This document shows, piece by piece, positions 17,981-30,425 of a DNA stretch of 64,000 nt. A program made the translations under genes and the position numbers. The DNA is from an uncultured delta proteobacterium (GTDB lineage: Bacteria; Desulfobacterota; Binatia; DP-6): NCBI GenBank assembly GCA_963815115.1, contig CAWFFN010000007.1, positions 1,088,001 to 1,152,000 on the forward strand, read 5' to 3'. Each line of letters begins with the position of its first letter. The stretch's first letter is position 1. The notes under the pieces are model-generated. The model did not search any database. It saw only the letters and a program-made list of their open reading frames with translations, and was not told the DNA's origin.

Positions 17981-18523
17981 TCAGGAGAGGGGAGCCTGCA
18001 GGACGGCGGGCGTCTCGCGGCGATCGATGCGCACCAACGCCGTGCGGGCGAGCGTTCGATGCCGGGCCCAGTCCGCAGCGGGGATATACTGGTCCCAGTC
18101 GATGCCGATCATCGCAGGTACGAATTGCACGTAGCGAATCCACCGCGCCAACCAGCGCAGGCTCGGTAAGGCGCTCTCGGCGTCCACTGCCGTCGCTTCT
18201 CCCATGCTCGGCGCGAGTGCCAGAAGCTGGTCGATGTCCTCGTCCGTCCAGACGAGCGCCGCACGAATCCTCGACTCGTCTCGGCTCTCGGGAAGGTTCC
18301 CGACGAGGACTTCGAGCCGCCCGACCACGCTGCAGAAGCGGAGCCGCTGGGCGCGGGTGGCCTGTCGTTGCCGCTCGGCCTCGGCGCTCGCGGCCGAGGC
18401 CAGCGTTTTCGTCAGGCGCACGTAGTTGACCGTCACGCCGACGAGCACCCCCGTGAGGAGGACGGATGCGATGGCCGCGAGCGCCTGCACCTCCAGGGCG
18501 TGGTCGTGAATCCAACCCAGCAT
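17981..18523 (-). CDS. Membrane-anchored hypothetical cargo protein
   Basis: N-terminal TM (ALAAIASVLLTGVLVGVTVNYV) followed by a helical domain; RBS GGAGG. Confidence 0.65.
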   Translation of the reverse strand: MLGWIHDHALEVQALAAIASVLLTGVLVGVTVNYVRLTKTLASAASAEAERQRQATRAQRLRFCSVVGRLEVLVGNLPESRDESRIRAALVWTDEDIDQLLALAPSMGEATAVDAESALPSLRWLARWIRYVQFVPAMIGIDWDQYIPAADWARHRTLARTALVRIDRRETPAVLQAPLS

Positions 18524-18688
18524 GCCGACCCTCCTGCGCGAACGACCGCAGCCTTAAACGGCACACTCCTCGCGCGCGAGATCCGCTTGCAACCCGCTTG
18601 CAAGCGAACGCGTCAGAACTGGTCTCTGGCGGTCGCTACCAGTGCGAATCGGTCAGGTGAAGTGCCCGGATTTCCAGGCACTTCCAAG

Positions 18689-18762
18689 TGCGCCCAGGGT
18701 GATTCGAACACCCGACCTTCTGATTCGTAGTCAGACGCTCTATCCAACTGAGCTATGGGCGC
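18689..18762 (-). tRNA. tRNA-Arg(ACG)
   Basis: GCGCCCATAGCTCAGTTGGATAGAGCGTCTGACTACGAATCAGAAGGTCGGGTGTTCGAATCACCCTGGGCGCA; full cloverleaf, CCA not encoded. Confidence 0.97.
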
Positions 18763-18782
18763 GGGAGAGCGAAGCCGCGTAC

Positions 18783-19379
18783 TTAGCAGCGGCCCCGAGG
18801 CCCTGCAAGGCGCGCGGCCGGACGCGCGCGCGCATCCGTTGCGCTTCGCGCGCCGCGCACCACGGCCCAGCGCTCGTGATCGCACCAGCGACCGCCGATC
18901 TTCAAGTAGCGCGGCGAGAATCCCTCGCGGCGAAAGCCGCAGCGCGCGGCGAGCGCCAGCGAGCGCCGGTTTTCCGGCTGTATGTTGGCCTCGATGCGAT
19001 GCAGCCCGAGCACCGCGAAGGCGTAGCGCCGCACGAGCCGGATCGCCTCCGTCATGTACCCGCGGCCGGTGGTGCCTGCGAAGGCGTAGTACCCGATGAA
19101 CGCGCTCTGCAGTCCGCCTCGCACGATCTCGTTCAGGTTGACGACGCCGACGATCGCCCCGTCCGCGCGCACACACACGAGCAGCCGCACGCAGCGCTGC
19201 GATCGTGCTCCGCGCACGAACGCAGCGAAACTGCGCGCATCTCCGGGTGGAAAGGCCCAGGGCCGGTGCAGCCGCCGGCTCCGGCGTACCAGGGCGAGGA
19301 AGTCGTCGCGATCCGCCGCCGCCGGCCGGCGCAGCATCACGCGGTGCCCGACCACGAGCGGCCGTACCCGTCCGATCAC
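18783..19379 (-). CDS. GNAT N-acetyltransferase (RimJ/RimL type)
   Basis: IGYYAF...GRGYMTEA...LHRIEANIQPENRRS...GFRREGFSPRYLKIGGRWCDHERWA. Confidence 0.9.
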   Translation of the reverse strand: MIGRVRPLVVGHRVMLRRPAAADRDDFLALVRRSRRLHRPWAFPPGDARSFAAFVRGARSQRCVRLLVCVRADGAIVGVVNLNEIVRGGLQSAFIGYYAFAGTTGRGYMTEAIRLVRRYAFAVLGLHRIEANIQPENRRSLALAARCGFRREGFSPRYLKIGGRWCDHERWAVVRGARSATDARARPAARLAGPRGRC

Positions 19380-20128
19380 GGCTCGAGCCCGAGCAACGCC
19401 CGCGTCTCGGCGCTTCGCGGCTGCCCGAGCACCTCCTCGGCGGAGCCGCTCTCCGTCACGCGGCCGTCGACCAGCACGATGGCGCGCCCGGCGACGCGCC
19501 GGGCGAAGGCGATCTCGTGCGTCACCACCACCATGGTCTGTCCGGCGGCGGCGAGGTCGGCGATCACCGCGAGCACCTCACCGGTGAGGCGCGGATCGAG
19601 CGCCGAGGTGGGCTCGTCGAGCAGCAGCGCCGCCGGCTCCATGGCGAGCGCGCGCGCGATCGCCACCCGCTGCTGCTGCCCGCCCGAGAGCTGGTGCGGG
19701 AACGATCCCGCCTGGGCCGCCAACCCGACGCGGGCGAGGAGCGCCTCCGCCCGCTCGTGCGCGGCAGCGCGTGACAGCCCCTGGACGCGTCGCGGTGCCT
19801 CGGCCACGTTGTCGAGCGCGTCGAGGTGCGGGAACAGGTGGAAGCTCTGGAACACCATGCCGATCCGCCGCCGCACGGCGCGCAGCACCGCCGCATCCCG
19901 GCGCTCGCACATGCCCGGCAGGAGCCGCTGCCCCGCGACCACGACCTCGCCGGCCGCGAAGGGCGTCAGATAGTTGAGCGCGCGGAGCAGCGTCGTCTTG
20001 CCGCTGCCGGAGGGACCGACCACCGCCAGCACCTCGCCACGCGACACCTCGAGATCGACGCCGCGCAGGATCTCCGCCCCGCCGAGGCGCGTGCGCAGCC
20101 CGCGGACCTGCAGCACGGCGTCGTTCAC
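19376..20128 (-). CDS. Polar amino acid ABC transporter ATP-binding protein
   Basis: GPSGSGKT, LSGGQQQRVAIARAL, LLLDEPTSALDP. Confidence 0.95.
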   Translation of the reverse strand: MNDAVLQVRGLRTRLGGAEILRGVDLEVSRGEVLAVVGPSGSGKTTLLRALNYLTPFAAGEVVVAGQRLLPGMCERRDAAVLRAVRRRIGMVFQSFHLFPHLDALDNVAEAPRRVQGLSRAAAHERAEALLARVGLAAQAGSFPHQLSGGQQQRVAIARALAMEPAALLLDEPTSALDPRLTGEVLAVIADLAAAGQTMVVVTHEIAFARRVAGRAIVLVDGRVTESGSAEEVLGQPRSAETRALLGLEP

Positions 20129-21591
20129 GCCGGGACCGGCACCAGACGGCGCTCCAGGCGCCGCGCCAGGCGCGCCAGCGGGTAGCTGAGCGCGAGGTAG
20201 AGCGCGGCGCACAACAAGCCGGGGACGAGCCAGCTCTGCACGTACACCGCGGTGATCGTCATCTGCTTCGTGAGCTCGACGACGGTGATCACCGACACGA
20301 GCGAGGTGTCTTTCAGCAAGGCGATGAAGTCGTTGGCGATCCCGGGCAGCGCCACGCGCAGCGCCTGCGGGAGCACGATACGTCCCAGCGCCTGACCACG
20401 CGACATCCCCAGCGCGAGCGCGGCTTCCGTCTGGCCCGCCGGCACGGCCTCGAGCCCGGCGCGATACAGCTCGGCCTCGTACGCCGCGTAGTTGAGGCCG
20501 AGCCCGACCACCGCGGCGGTGAAGGCATCGAGCGCGATCAGCGGGGCGAGCCCGTAGTAGAGGACGTAGAGCTGGAGGAGCACCGGAGTGCCGCGGAAGA
20601 GCTCGACGTATGCGCCTGCCGCCATCCGGAGCGCTCCGCCGCCGTAGCGCCGCATGAGGCTCAGCGCGAGGCCGCCCGCCACCGCCAGCCCCATCGAGAG
20701 CACCGAGATCACCACCGTGACGCCGGCCGCACGCAGGAACAGCTCCAGCTCGGCCGGCGTGAGCGAGCCGCCGGCTGCCGGCGTCGCAGGTGACGCCGTG
20801 CTCGCGAGCCCCGCCTGGCGAGCGTCCCAGAGGTGCCAGCGCTCGAGGATGCCGCGGAGCTCGCCGTCGCGCTCCATGGCGCCGAGCGCGTCGTCGACGG
20901 CGTGCAGCAGAGCCGGCTCCGCGGGGCTGACGCCGATGGCGTAGACACCCTCCCCCACCACGCCGGCGTCGCGCAGCGCCGGTCGCACCAGGCCGTAGCG
21001 GTCGGCGATGATGTTGTCGAGCACCACGCCGTCCAGGCGGCCCTCCTCGAGGTCGAGGTAGGGCTCCTGGGTGCCCTCGTAGAGCACGACGTCGAGGCCG
21101 GGCACGGCGGCGACGAAGTCGTGCGACAGCGACCCGCCGAGCGTACCCACCCGGTGCCCCCGGAGGTCGGAGAGCGCGTGGACCGCTCGCTCGTCACGTC
21201 GCACGACCAGCGTCGCAGCGAAGGCATAGTACGGCCGGGTGAACGCCACGCGCCGTCGTCTCGGCGCCGTCACCTCGAGGCCGTTCAGCACCAGGTCGAT
21301 GTCGCCCCGCTCCAGCGCCGGGATCAGGAGCTGCCAGTCGTTCTGCACGAACACCGCGCGCACGCCGAGCCGGCGAGCCAGCGCATCCGCGATCTCGACC
21401 TCGAACCCGACGATGCGGCCGGAGGCGCTGGGGTCCTGGAACACGTACGGTTCGCCGCCCTGCAGGTCGCCGCCCCAGCGCAACGTCCCGCTCGTCCGCA
21501 CGCGACCGAGGCCGTCGTCGCCGGCCCGAGCCGGCGCCTCGCGAGCGGCCGGCGTCCCGACCAGCAGGACGACCAGCGTCATGGCGGGCAT
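20125..21591 (-). CDS. Fused amino acid ABC substrate-binding protein and permease
   Basis: SBP family 3 motifs (GFEVEIA, FTRPY) followed by HisMQ-type permease motifs (FRGTPVLLQL, GQTEAALALG). Confidence 0.93.
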   Translation of the reverse strand: MPAMTLVVLLVGTPAAREAPARAGDDGLGRVRTSGTLRWGGDLQGGEPYVFQDPSASGRIVGFEVEIADALARRLGVRAVFVQNDWQLLIPALERGDIDLVLNGLEVTAPRRRRVAFTRPYYAFAATLVVRRDERAVHALSDLRGHRVGTLGGSLSHDFVAAVPGLDVVLYEGTQEPYLDLEEGRLDGVVLDNIIADRYGLVRPALRDAGVVGEGVYAIGVSPAEPALLHAVDDALGAMERDGELRGILERWHLWDARQAGLASTASPATPAAGGSLTPAELELFLRAAGVTVVISVLSMGLAVAGGLALSLMRRYGGGALRMAAGAYVELFRGTPVLLQLYVLYYGLAPLIALDAFTAAVVGLGLNYAAYEAELYRAGLEAVPAGQTEAALALGMSRGQALGRIVLPQALRVALPGIANDFIALLKDTSLVSVITVVELTKQMTITAVYVQSWLVPGLLCAALYLALSYPLARLARRLERRLVPVPA

Positions 21592-21706
21592 CGCGCGCAG
21601 AGGCCGCCGGTCTAGCGAAGCATCCGGGCGACGGCAAGGAAACCGCCCGCGCGGCCGCGCTCCACCATGAGACTGCCGCCCCGCGGTGTGCTATGGGCGG
21701 CGGGCC

Positions 21707-22615
21707 ATGCGCGCCGCCGCCGCCGCCGCCATCGCCCTCACCCTCGCTCTGGGCGCCCTCTCGCCGCCCGCGCGAGCAGGCAACGCCAGCGGCGCCGCGG
21801 CACCGTACGAGGACCTCGTCGAGGTGCTCGCCACGCTCACCTGGCACCTGCACGACGACCTGTACCGCTTCCCGGCTCCGAAGGACCCGACCGGCCACGA
21901 CCTCTATCGCCTCTCCCTCACCCGACTCGAGAGCTGGGAGAAGCGCTTCCCGGGCCGCATGCGCGACGTCACCGCCTACGGGCGAGGCGAGGCTCTCGAG
22001 CGTCTCGGCGAGTACAAGCGCGCCCAGGAGGCGTACGGACAGGTCGCAGCGATGCCGGAGTCGCCGCTCGCCCCGAAGGCCAAGGCAGCCGCAGCCAAGA
22101 TGGAGCCCCTCGCGGATGCGGCCGCCCTGCCCGAGACCGGAGACGGCGTCGAGCAGCAGCTCGCCGCGCTCCGCAAGAAGCTGGACGCCTGGGGCGCACT
22201 CGTCACGCGCTGCGAGGGCAATCCCTGCGAATCCCTGGCGCGGATGGAAGAGGAGCGCCTCGAGCGTGCGACCGCCGGGCTGGTGGTCGATCACCGCCGT
22301 GATCTCGAGCACGGGGACGCAACGGCGGAGCAGGCGCTGCGCTTCCTCATCCAGAAGCACTCCGACTCGAAGAACCTGGCCCTCCACGTGCTCAGGCTCG
22401 GCGATCTCTACGCCGACCTCGCCCGCGAGTACCTTGCCGCCCACGACCGACCCCTCGTCTTCGACGAGGACGAGTTCGTGCAGCGCGCCGACCGCGCGCT
22501 CGAGACCTACCACAAGGTGGCCAGCTGGGACGGTGCCAAGGAAAAGCCCGAGGGCCAGGCGCGCTTCGCCGCCATCGAATCGTGGAAGAGCGCCACGCTG
22601 GCGCGCTACCGCTGA
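21707..22615 (+). CDS. Secreted helical/TPR-like protein
   Basis: Signal peptide; YGRGEALERLGEYKRAQEAY TPR-like motif. Confidence 0.75.
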   Translation: MRAAAAAAIALTLALGALSPPARAGNASGAAAPYEDLVEVLATLTWHLHDDLYRFPAPKDPTGHDLYRLSLTRLESWEKRFPGRMRDVTAYGRGEALERLGEYKRAQEAYGQVAAMPESPLAPKAKAAAAKMEPLADAAALPETGDGVEQQLAALRKKLDAWGALVTRCEGNPCESLARMEEERLERATAGLVVDHRRDLEHGDATAEQALRFLIQKHSDSKNLALHVLRLGDLYADLAREYLAAHDRPLVFDEDEFVQRADRALETYHKVASWDGAKEKPEGQARFAAIESWKSATLARYR

Positions 22616-24723
22616 TGCGGGCTGCGCTTCTCGTCGTGGCGCTGCTCGGGCTCGGGCCCGCAGCCGGCCAGGGAGCCGACCTCCTCGGCGAGGCGGCGCG
22701 CGCCGACGCGGCCCTGGAGGAGCGGGTCCATGCCGCCCTCACCCGCGCGCTCGACGGCGACCAGCGTGGCGCCGTGCGCGACATGGAAGCGCTCGACCGG
22801 GACCGTGACGCGCTCGGGCAGCCGCCGGCCGGCCTCACCGACGATTTCCGCCTGCTCGCGGCCGGGCTCGAGCCCACGCGAGACGCTCGTCGCCTGGCGC
22901 TCGAGGACACGCTCGACGCGCACCCAGATGCGGTGGTCGAGCGGCTCGCCCGACATGCGCTCGATTCCGAGGACGATGGGGGCGCCGCCGATCAGCTTCT
23001 CGCCGACGACCGGCACAACCGGCGTGCGAACGTCGTCAACGAGGCCATCCGCCCGCTGGGCGTGTTCTCCGGTGCCGTGTTCCTGGCCGCCTTGAATCCC
23101 TTCCTGATCGCCGGCAGCGCGGTCGACAGCGTCGCCACCACCGCCGTGAATCTCTGGAACTACAACCGGCTGTCGCCGCGCGAGCGCGAGGCGCTGGTGC
23201 GCTACCGCACGCTGATCGAGCGCGACGGTCGCACCGACGAAGCCCCCGAGATCGTCCACGAGGTGCAGGCGCTCGGCGCGAAGCGCGCCGCGGCGCTGTG
23301 CGACGACACGATCGCCAGCGTGAAGGCGGCACTCGACTCGGACGACCTCGACGCCGCCCGCTTCTATCTCGGCAGCGCCCAGCGCCTGCCGAAATGTGGC
23401 GAGCGAACCAGCAAGCTGCAGCAGAAGCTCGCCGAGGCGCTGGCCAAGCGCGCCGCGGCGGACGAGGCGGCGCTCTGGCCCGCGGACCAGCCGATCCTTC
23501 CTGCGGGCAGCCTCGAAGCCCTCGACTACGAGACGCTCGCCCGAGCCACCGTCCTGGGAGAGCCCGACGGCATGATGGCGGCGGCGCAGCGCTTCGCGCG
23601 CAGCCATTCCGACAGCGCCCTGTCGCCCGGCGCCCGGCTGGTGGTCTCGGCGGCCAGGGACCTGGCCGGACATCGTGCCGAGGCGCGCAGCGCCCTGGAG
23701 GACCTGTCCGGCGACGATTCCAACGCCGGTCAGGTCGCGCGCGGCATCCTCGAAGGACCCGAGTTCGGTCAGCTCGACGCGCTCCACGCCGCCGAACGCC
23801 ACCATACGCGACAGGTCGCGCGCTACGTCCTCCTCGGCGGCTTCGATGGCCGCAACGCGCTGTACACCGCCGCCCAGTTCGGCGCGCAGGGCGCTCAGGC
23901 AGCGCAGTCGTTCGGCATCTTCAACGTCATCGGCGTCGCCACGCGTGCCTGGCGCGCGTGGCGGCACGATCCGGTATCGAACCAGGAGATCATCGACCGG
24001 GGTGAGGAGATCCTCGCGCGCGAGCCCGACGGACCCGACGCAGTCGAGGCGCATGCCAAGCTCGCCGACGCCTACGAGCGCGCCGGCAACTACGAGCGCG
24101 CCCTGATGCACTACCGTGCCACGCCCGACCCGAGCCCGAAGCGGCTCGCCAAGCTCCAGGGCAAGCTCGCGGACCACCTGCTCGACGACGCGCAGCACTC
24201 GCCGGCCCAATCCCTCATGCTCGCCGCCATCGCGCGTGACTTCCCGGGCACCGATGCGGCGGAGAAGGCCCGGAAGCGGCTGAAGGACGACCCGCCGGCC
24301 GAGGGAATCCGTCTCGACCGCGATCTCCTGCGCGCCAACCCGGGCCTGCTCGGTCCCGCGGCGCTCGACCTGAACCCCGTGCTCCTCGACAACGACCCTC
24401 GCAACGGCGAGCTCGCCGACGCGGGGGTGACGCTGGCCAACGGCGAGCTGCGCATGACCCTGCGCTCCGACGGGACCCCGGCAGAGCGCGTCGAGAAGAA
24501 GGCGCTCACCCCCGATCAGTACGTTCGCGCGCGGGCTGCCGCCGAGGAGGTGCTGTACACGACACTCCTCACCAAGCAGGATCGCCCGCCAGATACTGGT
24601 CGGTTCGAGCGCTACATCCCCGTCTACATCGCTGGTTCGATCAGTGACAGCGGAGCCGTGTCAGTTGCGCCGGGGATCAAGACACGTCCCTATCGGTCGG
24701 AAGACAGGGCGCTCTACGAGTGA
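22615..24723 (+). CDS. Large secreted TPR-like protein
   Basis: TGATG coupling with the upstream gene; signal peptide; LADAYERAGNYERALMHY. Confidence 0.75.
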   Translation: MRAALLVVALLGLGPAAGQGADLLGEAARADAALEERVHAALTRALDGDQRGAVRDMEALDRDRDALGQPPAGLTDDFRLLAAGLEPTRDARRLALEDTLDAHPDAVVERLARHALDSEDDGGAADQLLADDRHNRRANVVNEAIRPLGVFSGAVFLAALNPFLIAGSAVDSVATTAVNLWNYNRLSPREREALVRYRTLIERDGRTDEAPEIVHEVQALGAKRAAALCDDTIASVKAALDSDDLDAARFYLGSAQRLPKCGERTSKLQQKLAEALAKRAAADEAALWPADQPILPAGSLEALDYETLARATVLGEPDGMMAAAQRFARSHSDSALSPGARLVVSAARDLAGHRAEARSALEDLSGDDSNAGQVARGILEGPEFGQLDALHAAERHHTRQVARYVLLGGFDGRNALYTAAQFGAQGAQAAQSFGIFNVIGVATRAWRAWRHDPVSNQEIIDRGEEILAREPDGPDAVEAHAKLADAYERAGNYERALMHYRATPDPSPKRLAKLQGKLADHLLDDAQHSPAQSLMLAAIARDFPGTDAAEKARKRLKDDPPAEGIRLDRDLLRANPGLLGPAALDLNPVLLDNDPRNGELADAGVTLANGELRMTLRSDGTPAERVEKKALTPDQYVRARAAAEEVLYTTLLTKQDRPPDTGRFERYIPVYIAGSISDSGAVSVAPGIKTRPYRSEDRALYE

Positions 24724-25242
24724 CGTCGCCGCGCCACCGTTCAGGCGACCGTCCATCCTCGAACGTTTCGATCTGCAAATGACTCGCACCTCGTGCGCGT
24801 CCAGCCGCGGTCCTATTGAGCGTGTGATGGGACTGCGTCAGGGCACTCCCTCCATCCGAAGCGCCGTTGCCGTCCCGCCATGCCGGGCATGATTGCAGGA
24901 TTCCCCTACCCTCGCCGCAACGAACACGTGGGGTCCGCGACGGCACGTTCCCTGCATAGTGCAGGCTTCCATGGCACGCTCGAGAGCGCTGGGGAAGACG
25001 ATGCAGGAAACTGGCGGAGTTTGGGGGGACCCTCAGTCTGCCAAGGTGCAAATCGGCGACGAATTCCTTGAGCTCGTGCCCGAGAAGGCGCACGAGATCA
25101 CGGTGCTTCGCGGATGGCTGAGACAAGTGAACGGGCCGAACTACCCGCAGCCATTCCTCGACGAGGGGCCGCCAGGTTGCTTCCGACTCTACGTCGGTGA
25201 CGCAGCCGAGCGGATCCGCACGGCTCGCGGCATTCAGTGAAG

Positions 25243-25331
<89 letters not shown>

Positions 25332-25397
25332 CCGAGCCGAGAGGCGGCATCTAGCACGTCAGCGGCGGACCGCCAACGGTTCCCGCCCCGAGCCGCG

Positions 25398-25940
25398 CTA
25401 GCGATATGGCTCCTGGTAGGTCTGGGTTGTGGTGTTTCCGTACGGCGCAGTGGCGTAGTTTCCGTAGGTGCCCGCCGCGGTCGTGGGTTGTTGCGCGGGT
25501 TGTTGTTGATAGACACCGATCGCGACATTGTCGAAGATGACCGACTCGTCCCGACCTGGTCGCTCCGGAAGGGGCTGATCGGCGTAGTCGCTGCCGAAGA
25601 ACTCGATCGGCTTCGAGCCATCCATGTGGGCGTTGGTCAGGAAGAACGTGCCCCCCAGCGCCGGAACCCAGATCGAATAGGCCGTACGGGCGTCGCCGCC
25701 GCTGAGCGCTCCCGCGATGCCTCCGGCCGGCATGGCGACCGCAGCGATCGCCACCTTGAGCGGGACGTAGAAGATGTTGGTCGCGGTGGCCAGGACGGAG
25801 AAGAGGACCTCGTCCGCCTGCGTCGACGGGTGATTCGGCTCCCCGAGAGGCTCCGCCAGCACCTGGGCCGGGGCCGCGAGGGCCAAGCCGAACGCGATGC
25901 CCGCGAGCGGCAACCGGGACCATGGTCGTACGATGCCCAT
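25398..25940 (-). CDS. Secreted/membrane hypothetical protein
   Basis: Signal peptide; NIFYVPLKVAIA...GALSGGD...GGTFFLT...IEFFG. Confidence 0.7.
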   Translation of the reverse strand: MGIVRPWSRLPLAGIAFGLALAAPAQVLAEPLGEPNHPSTQADEVLFSVLATATNIFYVPLKVAIAAVAMPAGGIAGALSGGDARTAYSIWVPALGGTFFLTNAHMDGSKPIEFFGSDYADQPLPERPGRDESVIFDNVAIGVYQQQPAQQPTTAAGTYGNYATAPYGNTTTQTYQEPYR

Positions 25941-26023
25941 CGCCTTGTCCTCCCGGGAACGTCCGCTACGGCGCGGCGTCCTTCAGAGGAGTGCCACGAC
26001 CGCTCGAGTCTGGCAAACGACCC

Positions 26024-26557
26024 TCAGAGCCGTTCCAGCGCCTGGGAGTACGTCTCCAGGTCGGGGGTGCTGAAGAGGACGAAACGCACCGTGTCGAGAC
26101 GGCCGGGAACCTCCTCCAGGAAGACGGCGACCGTTCCGAGCGCGATCCGTGCCGCCCCGGCGATCGGAAAGCGGTACGCACCGGTCGAGATCGACGGAAA
26201 GGCGATCGAACGGAGACCGTTCTGGGCGGCGATCTCGAGGCTGCGCCGATAGGCCTTTCGTAGCAGATCGGGCTCGCCGTGCCGCCCGTCCCGATAGACC
26301 GGCCCGACGGCATGGATGACGTGCCGTGCCGGCAGGCGGCCCCCACCCGTCAGCCGGGCGTCGCCCGTCGGGCAGCCGCCGAGACGACGGCACTCCTCGA
26401 GGATCGCCGGACCGCCTGCCCTGTGGATCGCGCCGTCCACCCCTCCTCCGCCGAGCAGGGTGGTGTTGGCGGCGTTCACGATGGCGTCGGTCGCCTGGCG
26501 GATGATGTCGCCCTGCACGAGCTCGATCGATGCCCCGGCGACCGTCCTGCTGGTCAC
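26024..26557 (-). CDS. ymdB: Macro domain O-acetyl-ADP-ribose deacetylase
   Basis: GDI...DAIVNAANTTLLGGGGVDGAIHRAGG...VIHAVGPVY...AFPSISTGAYRFP. Confidence 0.93.
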   Translation of the reverse strand: MTSRTVAGASIELVQGDIIRQATDAIVNAANTTLLGGGGVDGAIHRAGGPAILEECRRLGGCPTGDARLTGGGRLPARHVIHAVGPVYRDGRHGEPDLLRKAYRRSLEIAAQNGLRSIAFPSISTGAYRFPIAGAARIALGTVAVFLEEVPGRLDTVRFVLFSTPDLETYSQALERL

Positions 26558-26639
26558 CCGCCCGTGGTAGCAGCCTCCGACCGGCAGCGAAATCGGCGGG
26601 TCGTTTGCACGGTCCGGAGGCGGGGACTAGGTAGCTGGC

Positions 26640-27014
26640 GTGGCCCCGGTCGAGCTTCGCGCGGTCGTATTCGTCACCGATCGAGCCGGGCCCGCCCTCC
26701 GCCGGCGCGAACGCTGCCTCGGCCTGGCCGGCATCGCCTGCACGCTCGAGTCGGAGCGTCGGCCGTCGGGCATCTACTACAAGCTCTGCGTGGCGGATGC
26801 GGACGCAGTCGCAGCCCATCTGGCGCTCGCCATGGGCGGCTGCGAGCGACCCACTCGCCTGCGCGAACCCGTCACTCCGCCTCTCACCGACGCTCTCGGC
26901 GACGTGGCGGGGATGCTGCGGGACGAGGCCGTCATCGCGGCCGGTCGTCTGATCGACGCCGTCCGGGCGGCTGCGCCGCGACTGCTGGCCAGCCTGCGCG
27001 ACGCACGCGACTGA
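26640..27014 (+). CDS. Hypothetical protein
   Basis: Fills the gap before clpB; plausible composition. Confidence 0.5.
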   Translation: MAPVELRAVVFVTDRAGPALRRRERCLGLAGIACTLESERRPSGIYYKLCVADADAVAAHLALAMGGCERPTRLREPVTPPLTDALGDVAGMLRDEAVIAAGRLIDAVRAAAPRLLASLRDARD

Positions 27015-27057
27015 CCCGATTGACGTCGGGCCCGAACGGACGCAGGTTTGGGCCCCG

Positions 27058-29669
<2,612 letters not shown>

Positions 29670-29673
<4 letters not shown>

Positions 29674-30425
29674 CGTCGAGACGCATCGCCCTGCCCGAGC
29701 ATCGTGAGCGATCGCGCCGCCGCGCGGGCAAGCGCCGGATCGGTGCCGTCGCGCGCGCCCCGGAGCGCTTCCACGATGTCAGGCTGCGCCGGCCCGAGAC
29801 GTCCGAGCGCTGCGGCAGCAGCCCGACGCACGCCCGCGTCGCGGTCGTCCAGCCGCGCGGCCACGGCACGTGCCGCCGCCATGCGATCCTCGGCCAGCGC
29901 CACCACCGCCGCCATCGCCGCCAGCCGGACGGCCGGGTCGTCGTCGCCCAGCGTGGCCATCACCTCCGCTTCGAGGCCTTCCGCTCGTCCCGCCAGGTCG
30001 CGCAGGCAGTAGAGCGCCATCTTGCGCTGCAACGGGCCCGGCGCGCCGGTCAGTGCCCGGAGCTCCGCGACGATCGTGGGATGCGCAGGCAGGGAGCGGA
30101 TGATGGTCGCCGCCGCCCAGCGGACGTCGCCGTCGTCGGAGCCGAGCGCCTCCAGCAGCACCGGGACGCACGCCGACGGCGTCGCGCCGACGAGCGAGCA
30201 GGCGTACGCCGCTCCCCAGCGCCTCCGTGCCGAGCCGTCGGCGAGGCCCTGCTCGAGGAGCGGCTGGACGTCCTGCCCGGCACCCGCCACCGCCGCGAGC
30301 ACCTCGGCGGCGCGGCGCTGCTCCGCCTTGGTCGGCGCACCCAGGGCTTCCAGGAGAAGCGCCAGCTCGGGCGCGTCGGCGCGGCGGCGACCGGCGATCG
30401 CGCCGAGGTGCTCGAGGCGCGTCAC
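29670..30425 (-). CDS. HEAT-repeat protein
   Basis: Repeats [34 protein letters not shown]; GTGA coupling. Confidence 0.8.

Larger units (their letters stand above)
3589..18730. mobile_element. ~15 kb integrative phage-satellite (PICI)-like element inserted in tRNA-Arg(ACG)
   Basis: 45 bp direct repeats at both ends; integrase, AlpA, Prim-Pol/helicase, SSB-like, TerS-like genes and cos-like site; no recognisable capsid, portal, TerL, tail or lysis genes. Confidence 0.88.

Noticed and set aside
3589-18730. Complete prophage or conjugative ICE
   Set aside because: No recognisable capsid, portal, TerL, tail, lysis, relaxase or T4SS genes
24724-25240. Island or gene downstream of tRNA-Ser
   Set aside because: Lower-GC stretch with a weak 115 aa ORF, but no tRNA-Ser repeat, integrase or recognisable motif; at most a decayed remnant
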